From Bispira polyomma (lineage: Eukaryota): 64,000 nucleotides of DNA. Below the pieces are notes generated by a model. The model was not told the DNA's origin, searched no databases, and saw only the letters and a list, made by a program, of their open reading frames with translations. A program made the position numbers and the translations under genes. Positions 52,410-64,000 of the stretch are shown piece by piece (position 1 is the first letter of the stretch; every line of letters begins with the position of its first letter). The stretch is taken from positions 50,034,001 to 50,098,000 of the forward strand of contig OZ287751.1 of assembly GCA_965649765.1 (NCBI GenBank), written 5' to 3'.

Positions 52410-52785
52410 AGGGCTGTCCTAAGGTATCAAATCCAAGTTGTAGCTTTACAAGTCATGCCAAGCATCACTTCCAAGTTGTAGCCTGTCTGGGCAGTGAGTT
52501 GAGGGTGAACAGAGTTATGCCAAGGTGTCACCTCTGAGTTGGAGGTGAGCAGGTTTCTGCTTAGGTGTCATCTCTGAATTGAAGGTAAACAGGGTTATGC
52601 ATAGGTGTCACCCCTGAGTTGGATGTGAATAGGGTTATGCTTAGGGGTGACCTTGTGTTGGACATGAACAGAGTTATACCCAGGTGTCACCTCTGAGGGT
52701 GTACATAATTATCCTGCAGCTGTACCTGCCAGTTGGAGGTGTGAAGCGCAAAGCGATGGCATAACATACAAGTTGGATGTGCCCA
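52410..52785. repeat. 40-bp minisatellite with degenerate edges
   Basis: tgagttggaggtgaacagggttatgc.taggtgtcacctc. Confidence 0.8.
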
Positions 52786-53330
52786 GAACTAAAATAAACA
52801 ATATATCCACCTATGACAGCTTTCTACTTACTGTAAGGTGGCGATTTGTCCAGCATCCCTTGCCCTTGGAAAAAAGTCTGTCTATTGTGTTTACACATAA
52901 CATTACAACCTGAACTAGATCCACAATGTCACCTCAAGTCTACCCAAAGAAAAGCCAGTTGTTTTTGATGTCCATATAATGAAATTACAATTACAAGCAG
53001 GGAAACGATTTTCAAAGAAAAACAGCTGTGCTGTTGTTTTACAGATGATATAAATTTTACTATAAAATATTTTTAGGTTATTTTCACTTCAGCATTTTGT
53101 GTAAATCTTAAATGACCTAACTGTATTCATGTGATTATCTTTTTGTTAAAATGATCATATATAGTAAAAAATAGTATGAATTGTGGTGACAGTATCATAC
53201 AAGGGAATAAACACGTGTGGTCTGCAATGTACCACATATTACAGCATGTTTTGTGTATGCTAGTATAAACTGTATCTCTGGTATATGTTTTTCTTAAAAT
53301 TTTAGAAAGATTAACCACAATCTATAGACC

Positions 53331-53437
53331 ATGGCAGAAAAGGGGGATTCTTTAACATCTCATCTAAACATAACTAAACACTGTTTGGCTGCAGATTATT
53401 ATGCAGACCTGTGCCCATCCGTGTCAAGATTCTGTAT
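53331..53437 (+). CDS. C18orf21: C18orf21-like coding exon 1 (MAEKGDSLTSHLNITKHCLAADYYADLCPSVSRFC)
   Basis: accATGG start with an in-frame stop just upstream; |gtgagt donor. Confidence 0.8.
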
Positions 53438-56400
53438 GTGAGTGATATATTTTTTTTCAGTATAAAGTGTGTTATGTAACACATTATGTGTTAATAGGGT
53501 AGTTTAGTACAATTTATTCAAGTGATTTTACACTTTTTAAATTTTAATCTATGGCTTTAACAACATTCCATGGTTTGGACAGGTGATAACAAATTGCGTG
53601 TAACACATAATATTTGTGGGTCAATTAAAGTGGTTATACAACAATGGCAAAGAATAGTGTAAAATTAAAATTTTAATTGCATATGTGTCTGACTAGCTTC
53701 TAATACAAGAACGAGAAGTACATTTGTTATGTTTTTTTTGTAGGAAAAGAGTGAACCAGATGAAGAAAACTGAAGGTAAGTATATTTCTTACTATATATA
53801 AGACTCTGTTGTGATGGTAGGGAATAGATTTCATACATTAATATCTACACAAATAGGTGCACAGTCTGAATGTAGTGGACTTTGTGAGATGGACCTAATT
53901 TATGTTGGCATGCATAATAATATTTGGATAATAATAAATTATGCTTAGGTTTATCATAACAGCTTATGTTCATGTATTCTTGATATAGGTACACTGGTTT
54001 GAAGTATCTTATTATTTTACATACCTTTGGGCTTTTATTTATACACAGAAAAACTTAATTAAGATGTGTGTTTTAAATGCTTTTTGTTTTAGGTATAGCA
54101 TTAACTCCTGCACAAGTTTGCTGCAAATTCTGTGACAGTGTATATCGGCCTGGGAATTACAAGGTCAAAATTGTACCAAAAATGAAGTTATCAGCTAAAA
54201 TACAGAAACTGAGTCGCAAGGTGTCAACAAAAGGAGAACAAAGTCTTGGAAAGTTCCAAAAGAAATTGTTAAACAATTTCAAAACAAGCAGAACCAAAGT
54301 GGTAAATAGAAATTGCATTTTTATAAAGAAAGATTAGTTTTGAGGTCAAAGAATATTCAATACTTTACTTCACAAATTTAGGAAATTAAAATTAATGTAT
54401 TGTTAATTAAAAACTCCATTAAAAATAGTTTTCCTGTTTTAACATTTAGACAAATTCTGTGGCTTGAGTTCTGGTGGTCAGCCATATGAAATATGTCTAT
54501 ACTTTGCTCTTTGGAAAAAGGTGCTACTTGAAACAGACAGAAATGGCAGATGTAGATACAGGTTCATTGATCCCGTCTTCTGAATTAATGACACTAAAAA
54601 GAGAGTAAACTAAACCAAGTGTGATAATCGTTACTATTATGCAATTTCCAGTGTCTGAAAGAAAACCAAGTCATCTTTGTTAAACTGTACCAAGTGTGAT
54701 AATCACTACTATTAAATCGAACTTCCAGTGTCAGAAATAAAACAAAGCCATCTTTATTAAATTACACTACAAGTAGTTAAATACAATACACCACAGTTGC
54801 TGTAATATAAAACTGAGTCGATGATGGAAATAAGTTTGATTTCAACCACATTCAAACTTGCGTCAGATGACAACCCTCAGGAGTTGGTTGTAATGGTTGC
54901 TTTGTAGGGTCAATCGTCTTGTAAAGCTACTCACTATTTAAATCACACTATTTACTAGTCATCACAAAGGTGGACAGTATTCAGGCTTTTATAACAATTA
55001 CATTCATGGTTCTTTTCTCCAATTATTACTAACCATAGTTTGCTTTTTCGTTGAATAACAATACAATAAGTAGGGTTACACACGCCTTGTTTTTGAACAA
55101 ATATCCACAATGTTGTTTGTAATTAATTATCTTCAGAGTAAATTTATATGCAAGTGTGTTAAACTTACAGGGAGCAGTCTTGTTATGAAATTATAAGTAA
55201 AAGTAGATGACACAAAATCCTCTGAACCAAAGATAAAACCAGAATAAAACTTTAGATTTGTGAGAACCGAGAATGAAGTTAAAATAATGTCTGCCTTGAT
55301 TTTGTAGGTTATGATCTGTGGCTGTTGTAAGAAGAAAACAGTCATACCTTGTCCTCAAAAACCTGACAAATTGGTGACTGTTCCAGACATGCTTGGTTTG
55401 TATACATGGTTGATTTTGCTAAGACCATCTTTGTTAACCTTGCTACAGCACATTGTGGGGATATAGGAATAGACTGTGTCTGTCTGACCCTCTCAACACA
55501 ATATTACTGTGCTTGCAACTTTCATTTTATTGACATATAGTCATATATAGGTCCTAGTTACTCTAACTGTACTAAGTGGACCAATTCACTTAGTAATAAT
55601 ATTCACCTTTCAGTAAATCATCAATTCACTAACTTGACCTACCTCTCAATATTTTTTTGTAAAATCTGGCCACTATACAACAGCAGAGATGTGGAACCCC
55701 TTTTTAACTTAAATAAAGGTAATTATGTTTTACTGGCAAAGTTAATCCTGATAATGATTTATATTTACCAATGTTTCAGTGAAGTATAGAAGTTTTCTTT
55801 AAAATAAAACTGATTTGAGAACAACATTCTTTCTTTATTTATATGGTTCATATTTTTTTCTGTTTAGTGTTTTTACTTGTAGTTCCAACATTTACCAACT
55901 TAAGTCTACATTAGGTAACACTTGAAGTTAGCTACAAGTACAACCACGTCTTCTGGATAGGACAGATTCAACCTAGCTAGAGTGCACTAATGTGTATTTC
56001 ATATGGTTGAGTATAATATGAGCTTAAATATGTTATTGTTAGTGCTTTGCACCACTGACAGTTATAAAATTTTAACTAGCACTTAAAAAACAAAATATGT
56101 GTAATGCACTTTGTTATATGACTGTTTTTATCCTGGTTTGAAGTGTATTACTCTGACCATGTACCTGTGTTCTTCTTTACAAAGACCAGAAACCAAAACA
56201 ATCAAAGAAAAAACTGAAGCAGAAACGAAGGAGAAGAGCCAACCTTGAAGATGAAGACTTTGGCCTTACAGCTAAACACAGGTCTGTTTCAGCTTGAAGA
56301 TCATAGAACGTCTTTGATATTACAGCTAAACACAGGTCTGTTTAAGCTTAAAGATCATAAAACTTATTCCATATTAGACCTAAACATTGGTCTGCTTAAA

Positions 56401-57512
56401 CTCAAAGATCGTAGAACTTGTCTGATATTACACCTAAACACAGGTCTGTTCAAGCTCAAAGTCTTTGAGTCAAAGATCATATAACTTCTCTGATGTTACA
56501 GTTAAACACAGGACTGGTCTGTTTAAGCTTGAAGATCATAGAACGTATCTGATATTACAGCTAAGCACAGGTCTGTTTAAGCTTTAAGAGGATTAGAACT
56601 TCTCTGATATTACAGATCAGGTCTGTTTAAGTTGTAATACAATTGAGCTGTTCTGACATTACAGATAAACATAGGTCTGTTTAAGTTGTAATACAATTGA
56701 GCTGTTCTGACATTACAGATAAACAAAGGTCTGTTTAAGCTCGAAGCTGATATCAGACTTAAACACAGGTCTATTTAAATGCTCATCTGTTTAAATGTGG
56801 GTCTATTTAATCTTAAATATCATCAGACTTATTTGACCGTACAGCTAAACACAGGTTGGTTTAGGCTCAAAGTTGAAGTCAAAAATCAAATGATTGTTGG
56901 ATTGGAGGGTTTCTTTTTACAGTTCCACAAATAAAGTTTATATAAAAATGATACAACTATACTTCCTAGTGGTTTTACACATGTACTTCCCTAAAATATG
57001 AATGTTTCATCTTTATTATTAAACTATGTTTAGAGCTACTTCAATATTCTGCTAGATTAAATGTTAAAGTACAAAAATTCCATTTGGGGTATGTTGCAAA
57101 AATTTCATGGCCTTCACTAATTCATATAATTATTGCAAAACTATAAGTTTTGGCTTTAAAATGCTCTAATATTTAACATATATTTAACCTAGGCATATGT
57201 AAACAAATTCTTGAAACATTCAGTGGATATTGTTTTTATAGCACCAGTTCAGCCATAAAGCGTGTCAGAGATGTGTCATCAGAGACTAGAATTACTGCTC
57301 ACAAACAGTCTGCCAAGGCTGAACAGAGATTGAGCTCAGCAAGCTTTCAGAGGTCACTACAGACAGACAGTAACAATACACCACTCAAAAAGTCTAAGAA
57401 CAAAACTAAACCAAAGGATGTTCATAAAACATTGCAGAGAATGCTTCAGAAAGACAAGCAAGAGAATACTGCCACAAAGAGCTCTCTACACAGCTTTCTA
57501 TCTAGTCTATAA
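53331..57512 (+). CDS. C18orf21: C18orf21 / UPF0711 (RMP24, Rpp21-like RNase MRP subunit) homolog, 6 coding exons, 267 aa
   Basis: Exons 53331-53437, 53744-53775, 54093-54301, 55308-55395, 56185-56281 and 57242-57512 join in frame (804 nt) with GT-AG ends. The protein matches my recollection of human C18orf21: N-terminal CP..SRF, CKFC ... KVKIVPKMKLSAKIQKL, second CxxC (ICGCCKK), C-terminal LQRML...LHSFLSSL*. Confidence 0.88.
53744..53775 (+). CDS. C18orf21: C18orf21-like coding exon 2 (32 nt, KRVNQMKKTE)
   Basis: ttttttgtag| and |gtaagt ends; bridges phase 2 to phase 1 exactly. Confidence 0.82.
54093..54301 (+). CDS. C18orf21: C18orf21-like coding exon 3 (first CxxC and basic core)
   Basis: ttttag| and |gtaaat ends; lies within ORF 54077-54337. 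Confidence 0.9.
55308..55395 (+). CDS. C18orf21: C18orf21-like coding exon 4 (VMICGCCKKKTVIPCPQKPDKLVTVPDML)
   Basis: ttttgtag| and |gtttgt ends; second CxxC of the zinc ribbon. Confidence 0.86.
56185..56281 (+). CDS. C18orf21: C18orf21-like coding exon 5 (basic, NLS-like QKPKQSKKKLKQKRRRRAN...)
   Basis: ttctttacaaag| and cacag|gtctgt ends; phase 1 to phase 2 fits both neighbours. Confidence 0.8.
56243..56872. repeat. 54-bp tandem array (~12 copies) spanning the C18orf21-like exon 5 donor
   Basis: tacagctaaacacaggtctgttt at period 54 (56277, 56331, 56385, 56439...), degrading into the intron. Confidence 0.93.
57242..57512 (+). CDS. C18orf21: C18orf21-like last coding exon (...KTLQRMLQKDKQENTATKSSLHSFLSSL*)
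   Basis: tttttatag| acceptor; FLSSL C-terminal motif; TAA at 57510-57512. Confidence 0.88.
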
Positions 57513-57591
57513 TGGTCATAGATCTGACCAAAGAGTTTTAGTTTCATCACTTTGATACATGGCAATGAGTTACTTGGGTTCTCTAGTACAT

Positions 57592-58237
57592 CTACACGGG
57601 TGGTACGAATTCTAGACAGAATTTGATGTTTTTACTTAAATTTAAGTAGGTCGCAGAAGATATAATAAAAAGTCAAATGTACTGAAATAGGTATATATGA
57701 AACACTTGTCATACATCAATATCAATGAAAAATCTTTTGACACATTCTTTAAAATAAGGTTTTAAATTTGTTTATATGTCTAGTCAAGTGGTATGAATTC
57801 TAGACAGTTTTGAGGCTAAGAGAAAGTGCAAGACTGAGTGCCACTAAGGGATTTAATGTGCAGAAATAGCATTTCTGTATGCTTTTTCATCTTATTTCCT
57901 GTTATTATTTATTTTTTCCACAACTTCATATTAAATCTGAAATAAACAATATTTTATCAGGTCACTACTTTGCGACCACAAAATATGAGTAGATATACTT
58001 GAAACACTTATATGCAAATGCAATATATAGGACCAACTTGTATCTCTATCTATACATTTAAATTATGATTTATTATATATTTTCTCACTTCTTTTAGTAA
58101 GAAGACATTCAGTGTAAAATAAAGTACAAAATAATGTTAGTTTGACATGGTAGTTCCTGTGTATTTCCTGGAATTTCCATATAATTTTATTTATTGTCTA
58201 GAATTCGTACCAGCCAGAATTCTTACCACCCGTGTAG
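57592..58237. mobile_element. MITE in the C18orf21-like 3' UTR region
   Basis: TIR ctacacgggtggta / taccacccgtgtag plus subterminal gaattctagaca / tgtctagaattc. Confidence 0.85.
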
Positions 58238-60307
58238 TCTATAATGGTCATAGAGCTGACCAAAGAGTTTTAGTTTCATCACTATGATACGTGGCAAAGA
58301 GTTACTTGGGTTCTTTGGTACATTTGTACGGTTGCATGATAGTGCTAGAATAATTTGGATTAAATCATGTACATCTGGTAACCGTGGAAAAGTCTCATTG
58401 CAATGTGATATCATAGTGGTTGTGACCTCACAAAACAGCTGGTTGACTTATTAGAGAAGTTTATGCCACACCATATAGGCCGGGAGGTCCTTATATGGAT
58501 TTTCAACACGGTTTCGCTGAAGAGGCTCATCAGACGCGTCTTGCATGATTGATAGAGGTTTACTTATAGACTAATTGTCATGGAAGATATTCTCGGGATT
58601 GAAGAATACCGTACATTCTAAGTAGGTATTTGTGTAGTTTGGGTTGCAGTATCCCAAGTCCACTTTTACTCTTAGTGATTGCCTTCTAGTATCATGGCAG
58701 TGTATACTAAGGTTAAATGTGAGATTATGGTGGGGGTGACTAAGAGTTTAAGTTCGATTGTAAATGTATTGTACATTTTACAGGTTACATTTGTAGAACA
58801 TGTTGAACATGTGCTATTTTTTTTGCCACTTGTTTAAATGTGACTTTGATGGAGTTACATGGAAGTGTGTCACAAGACCTGCTACTGCATTTGTAACTTT
58901 AATGTGTGTCATAAAACACTATGGTAAATGTAGAAATTTGTTTGTGACAATCAAAATTACAAAACATTGAAACAACTGGCGACTGATGTCCAGTGTCATG
59001 TTGGGCATTTGTTGTCAAGGTCAATTTTCTTGATATCAAACAAAACCACAAACTATAAACACAGTTCTACAAATATTGGTCTGGCCACATATATAGATAA
59101 ATCAATAAGGATTACAAGTATAGGCAAACTTGTGTAAAACAAGCAAGAAATTGCAGAAACATGTGCTCAAATGGGTCAATCGTCTTGTAAAACAAAGTGC
59201 TCATCATTACAAAGTGACTCCAATCAAATTTAAGTCTCAAATTGTGAATAAATTTTAATCTGTACATATTATCGTATATTTATTGCACAAATTACACACA
59301 TAGGCTGCAGTATGATCTAATGTGGGCTTCAGTGTGGTTTAATAAGGGCTTAACAGATGAAAACAAATATTCAGGGAGATAACACACTGTACAGGCTTCA
59401 GTGTGGTATAATAGGGGTTTCTTACGAGAGGTGAAAAAATTTATCCAGTGGTATTCAGTGGTATAACACACTTTACAGGGTGCAGAGTGCTTCAATAGAG
59501 GTTTCTTACAACAGCTGAAAAAATGTATTCAGTGGTTTAACAATGTGTATAATTAGACTTAAATCAGTATAGGCTGAAGATATAAGAGCAGGTTTTTTTT
59601 TACAATTGATGAAAATTTGTAATCAGTAGCCAGTGCATCCCATGTAAGCATCCTTTATATCCTTGTTAAATCAATAGGCGAATAAATTTATTCAACAGAC
59701 TATAACACTACACAGGTAGAATAGGACATCACGTTACTGAATAAATGTATTCCATTTTGCTGCAGACATACATTGTTGGTGTGATATTCCATGGTATATG
59801 TACACACACTTTTATTTATATCTTACAATGGCCTCATGATGCCAATCTGACTATGAATTGTTTGCTTTGGAATTCAAAAATGGAACATTATCACCAGCAA
59901 TGTCTCAGCAGCTGTGGCCGTGAAAACAGAAACCAATATTTCCTTTGTATGATAGCACCCCTGGTGAAATGAGTTACTTTAAGGAAATATCAAAGCATTT
60001 CATCAAGGTTCCTAATTCCACAAGGAAGTGATGTTATGACCAAAAAGGTCATGGAGTAGTTTTTAAATTTCTCAATATGAGTGAGAGTGATGAAAACAAA
60101 AGCTATCAATAGAATAGTTCAAATTATATCATAAAATTATATATTTTAAAATAAAATTGCAGTTTTAAGGTAAGTGTATATTTTTTTTTCTGTAAAAATT
60201 TATGCCATGTTTTCAATTATTGCACAGTCATTAAAACAAAATTCTGCCAAAACATTGGAACAGCTGTATGTAGTAATAAATAGAAGTTTAGAAGGCAAAA
60301 ATGGAAT

Positions 60308-60428
60308 CAGGAGTCACAGTCTTCCTGCTGTCTTTAACAGGAGTCACAGTCTTCCTGCTGTCTTTAACAGGAGTCACAGTCTTCCTGCTGTCCTTAACAG
60401 GAGTCACAGTCTTCCTGCTGTCTTTAAC
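60308..60428. repeat. 30-bp tandem repeat, 4 near-perfect copies
   Basis: caggagtcacagtcttcctgctgtctttaa. Confidence 0.93.
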
Positions 60429-60709
60429 ATAAGAGATTTGCTAAGTCCTACCTTAAAAAATATCTATGACCACTCTTACCCACATGCGTACAGGTATATA
60501 GTCAAATTCTATGTGTAGTACTATTTAAAAAAATTGGAGAATGATGTTGCAAATCTCTGCTTAACAAAAGTAGCTTCCTGCAGTCCAGTTTCTTTATGAT
60601 AGAGCCATAATTTTTCTGTAATACCATGGCATCTCACTCTGTACAATAAATAGTCATCAACAAATGTCTCAGTCTACTCATGTAACAGAGGAGATCAATG
60701 AGGATTCCC

Positions 60710-60831
60710 CACATATAGCAAATTCAATAGATTTACGTCATTACCGTCCAATCCTGTAAAAGAAGCTTTCAGGCCCATCTTTTACGGATGAAGACGGTAA
60801 TGACGTAAATCGAAAATGTTTGCTATACGTG
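60710..60831. mobile_element. ~120-bp palindromic element (MITE-like hairpin)
   Basis: Arms tatagcaaa..gatttacgtcattaccgtc..gtaaaaga / tcttttac..gacggtaatgacgtaaatc..tttgctata. Confidence 0.75.
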
Positions 60832-61160
60832 TGGTTAAATATATGGTTACCTTACATAAATATTTAGACTGACAAGGACACAGGTTTAGGTGAACACCGG
60901 CAGGTGAAGTTTCCACTTAAGAAAGATGCTCTCTAAACATCCTGCTTATCTGAACCAATTGCACTTTAAGACATTTGAATATCGGTAGCTTACTTGAAGT
61001 ACCATGGTTTTCTATTGGTTTTAAGTTTTTTATTTGACAAGCTTGTACATCTACATATGGTTATGTTGTTATTAGAACAAATAGGTCAGAAAAAAAAAGA
61101 ATGATTTGGAGTTTGTTTTAACATAAAATTCATTGTTTTACTAATTAAATTGTACAAAAA

Positions 61161-62266
61161 ACTAGACCTAGTGCATCGGAGAACCGATGCATATTTGTAT
61201 CCACCAGAAAGACAAAGCACCCTAGGTAACAAGCACCTTAGGTAGGAAGCACCCAAGCTAGGAGCCTATGATTGCCTTGAATCGCACAAGTGAGTTTCAC
61301 ATTGCAAACATGTGGGACCAGTAAGTGTGAGATAGGCACTTTAAAGTTTGGCCTACCTGTTTGACCTTGCACAAGGGATCCAAGGTAAAATCTGACCACA
61401 GCAAAAGATTAGCAGCCCATTATTTCCTATAGGTTTGTTTCACATCCCAAACCTGTACGACCAATAATAAGCGAGATATAGGCACTTTTAAGTTTGATGA
61501 AGACTGACCTTGACGAGAGACCTGTACAGTTTGATGAAGACTGACCTTGACGAGGGATTCTGTACAGGTTGGTTTCATTTTTGAAACCTGAAAGACCAAT
61601 AATAAGCGAGATATAGGCACTTTTAAGTTTGGCCATCCACATTTGACCTTGAACTTAGAGATTGGTTTGGCACTCCAAACCTGTCAGACCAATAATAAGT
61701 GAGATATAGGCACTTTTAAGTTTGGCCATCCGCATTTGATCTTGAACGAGTGGCCAAAGATCAAATCGGACCACACAAAAAGAATCGCAGCCCATGATTT
61801 CCTATAGGTTTGTTTCAGAACCCAAACCTTAAGGACCAATATTAAGCGAGATATAGGCACTTTGGGAAAGTTTGGCCAAAATCAGTCACTTGGGGTACTT
61901 TGGCACTGTGGATGAGCTTGAATGAGGGGATTCAAGGTCAAATGTCTGCATGCTTATAAAGGAAATATATATCCATTAAACATATCACCCGTAAAGAGAT
62001 TCAAATTCTACAGCCGAGAAACATACACAGTTAAAAGCCTGATTATTTTCAAATAAACGCCCGTGGCGGCCATCTTGTTTGTTAAAATAAGGCCAAAATT
62101 ATTCCCAGGCAAGGTTTTGTAATAAAATACTTCTGTAAATTTCAGGAGCCTAGGTGCAAAAGTTTTTCCAGGAGAGCGGTAACGGTAAAATCTCTGCACA
62201 CACTGATGCAGTAACAATGACTAATCCATAGTATCCACTGGAGTTACTCTGCCGGTGGATACAATA
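61161..62266 (-). mobile_element. Helentron-type non-autonomous element with tandem core repeats
   Basis: aactag end, hairpin gcatcggagaaccgatgc, subterminal IR gtatccacc / ggtggatac, repeated tgaccttga and accaataataagcgagatataggcact cores, ggcggccatctt motif. Confidence 0.75.
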
Positions 62267-64000
62267 AATTAGTTTACCTAAAATATCCAACTTTGTTGCA
62301 TTATGGTGTTGTTTACAGTGAAGTTTTTCAGGTGCTACCATTTATTTGAAATTTCAAAGTTACTGCGTGGATGCATTTCATGCTTTTCGATTAAAATATC
62401 TATAACTTTAATGGCCATCTTTATGTAAAAATTCAATGCAATAGATTATATATATGGGAGTCAAACACTAGAAGTTACCAATATCAAGGGTTTCTAATAA
62501 AAGGGAATCCAATCTTACTGGCAATGTATTTTTCAAATTCCTCCCCATTTTGTTTTCAGACACCACACCCTCCTTATGAACCCCAATATGTACCTGGACT
62601 ACATTCTTTATAGTTAACTCCATGGATGGTGCACCTTAGAGGATGCCTGGACATCAATTTGGCGCCATAGAAATGATTCATTACACTCTGGCCTAACTGA
62701 CGCTTTTCTTGCCACTTGCTATGAAAACTATTAAATGAGATGGAGGATGATTCTGGATTCGAAATAAAACCTGAAGTCTTTATATTAATGTTTGGTTTCA
62801 ACATATTTGGTAAGGGATTAATATGAAATCTTATTGAAACAAAATAAAAACAAAGATAAAATATGTTCCAAGTATTTTATTATTATTATCATATATATTT
62901 AATACATTTTACTTCTTTGATCTTAAAAACCCACACGTTCACACAGGCTGAATTATCTTGATGAATTAGACATGTACAACACCACAAAGATTTATGTGAC
63001 ATGCTCTTACTGCATTCTTGTCAAACACCATAAAACTTTATGTGCAACATGAAACAATGTGATCACAAACACAAATTCATTCTGGAATCCTCATTATTTA
63101 TATGTATAAGGAAATGTTCTATTATTAAGGCATTTGTCTTTTTCACACAAAAACTCGCTATACATTTGCTTAATGGATGTGCTTTTTGGTATGGAAGGCC
63201 AAGGCAGACTCTTGGTACAGTTATCTCAGGGTATCGTTTAGTAGATAACCGGCATTATCAAAAAAAAAAGAGATACTTATTTAAATCAAGTACAAAATCA
63301 CATAATGGAGAGTGTATCACTCGTCCTATGTGACAAGAGTTCTTAAGAGAGAAGATCAAAGTGTACAGTACCAAAGCAAATGCACTATGTGAATTGCACT
63401 AACGCACCCTGTGAATTGAGTAGTAGCATCTACTTAATGATATATTTCTTCAAAATCAAAAATACTTATTATTCACACCATCATGTTTGTTAAATAACAA
63501 TGACCGTATGTAACCCTTGTCAAACATGTCATTGAAGTTGCTATGGATTATATAATGAAGAAATATTTCACAAAATATATAAATCTCCCAATAAAAATTT
63601 CATGAGGGGAAACTGACACCAAAACCCTTACTAGATAAGAGACATATCAGTCTCATCGTTTAATAGTAACTTTTGTTTCAGGTTAGGTTTTTTTAATGCA
63701 GGACATAAAATGTACATATATTATCACAGTTTCTTTATAACTTACGTCTTCCACTAATACAGACTACAAAATACAATAATTATATAATATTATCTTGATT
63801 CTTATCTAACAAACATGCTAAAAAATCAAAATATATAGCCATCTATCACAAATAAATTACAACATGCATGTTACTACAATAAAAACAATAAATAGGAGTA
63901 AAAAGCAATGATTTCAAGATAACAGTGACTACATAACACAAAGAAATGATTTTTGGTTTTGGCACTTACAAAAACAAATACTTTCCTGTAACCCTATAGT

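Noticed and set aside
52727-52789. Apparent minus-strand exon next to the 40-bp array (a possible sixth junction-seeded repeat)
   Set aside because: The segment itself consists of degenerate array units and fits no gene model.
56245-56484. 79-aa ORF with 18-aa leucine-rich periodicity
   Set aside because: Alternative-frame translation of the 54-bp junction array.
60174-60518. 114-aa ORF with RSHSLPAVFN repeats
   Set aside because: Product of a 30-bp tandem repeat; flanks look non-coding.

Overview
AT-rich, repeat-dense genomic DNA from an intron-rich invertebrate animal. A mollusc or other lophotrochozoan is my impression only; the taxon cannot be fixed from sequence alone. I assembled two spliced genes by hand. 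(1) A minus-strand M14A zinc metallocarboxypeptidase with a propeptide: 10 coding exons between 26873 and 14383, all junctions GT-AG and in phase, 406 aa. The signal-peptide exon was not found. All catalytic residues are intact and the S1' specificity position 255 is Arg, as in carboxypeptidase O. (2) A plus-strand C18orf21/RMP24-like gene: 6 coding exons, 53331-57512, 267 aa. The rest is mobile and repetitive DNA: one near-intact 3.65 kb L2/CR1-group LINE (APE+RT) with a 2A-like motif, several L2 fragments, a young tRNA-derived SINE family with TSDs, MITEs, Helentron-type non-autonomous elements and minisatellites. The most striking pattern is that five splice junctions in the two unrelated genes have been tandemly duplicated (2 to ~23 copies, units 46-138 bp), filling the adjacent introns with decoy splice sites. 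One 842-bp intron is about 85% copies of its own two ends. Most short ORFs in the supplied track are spurious.
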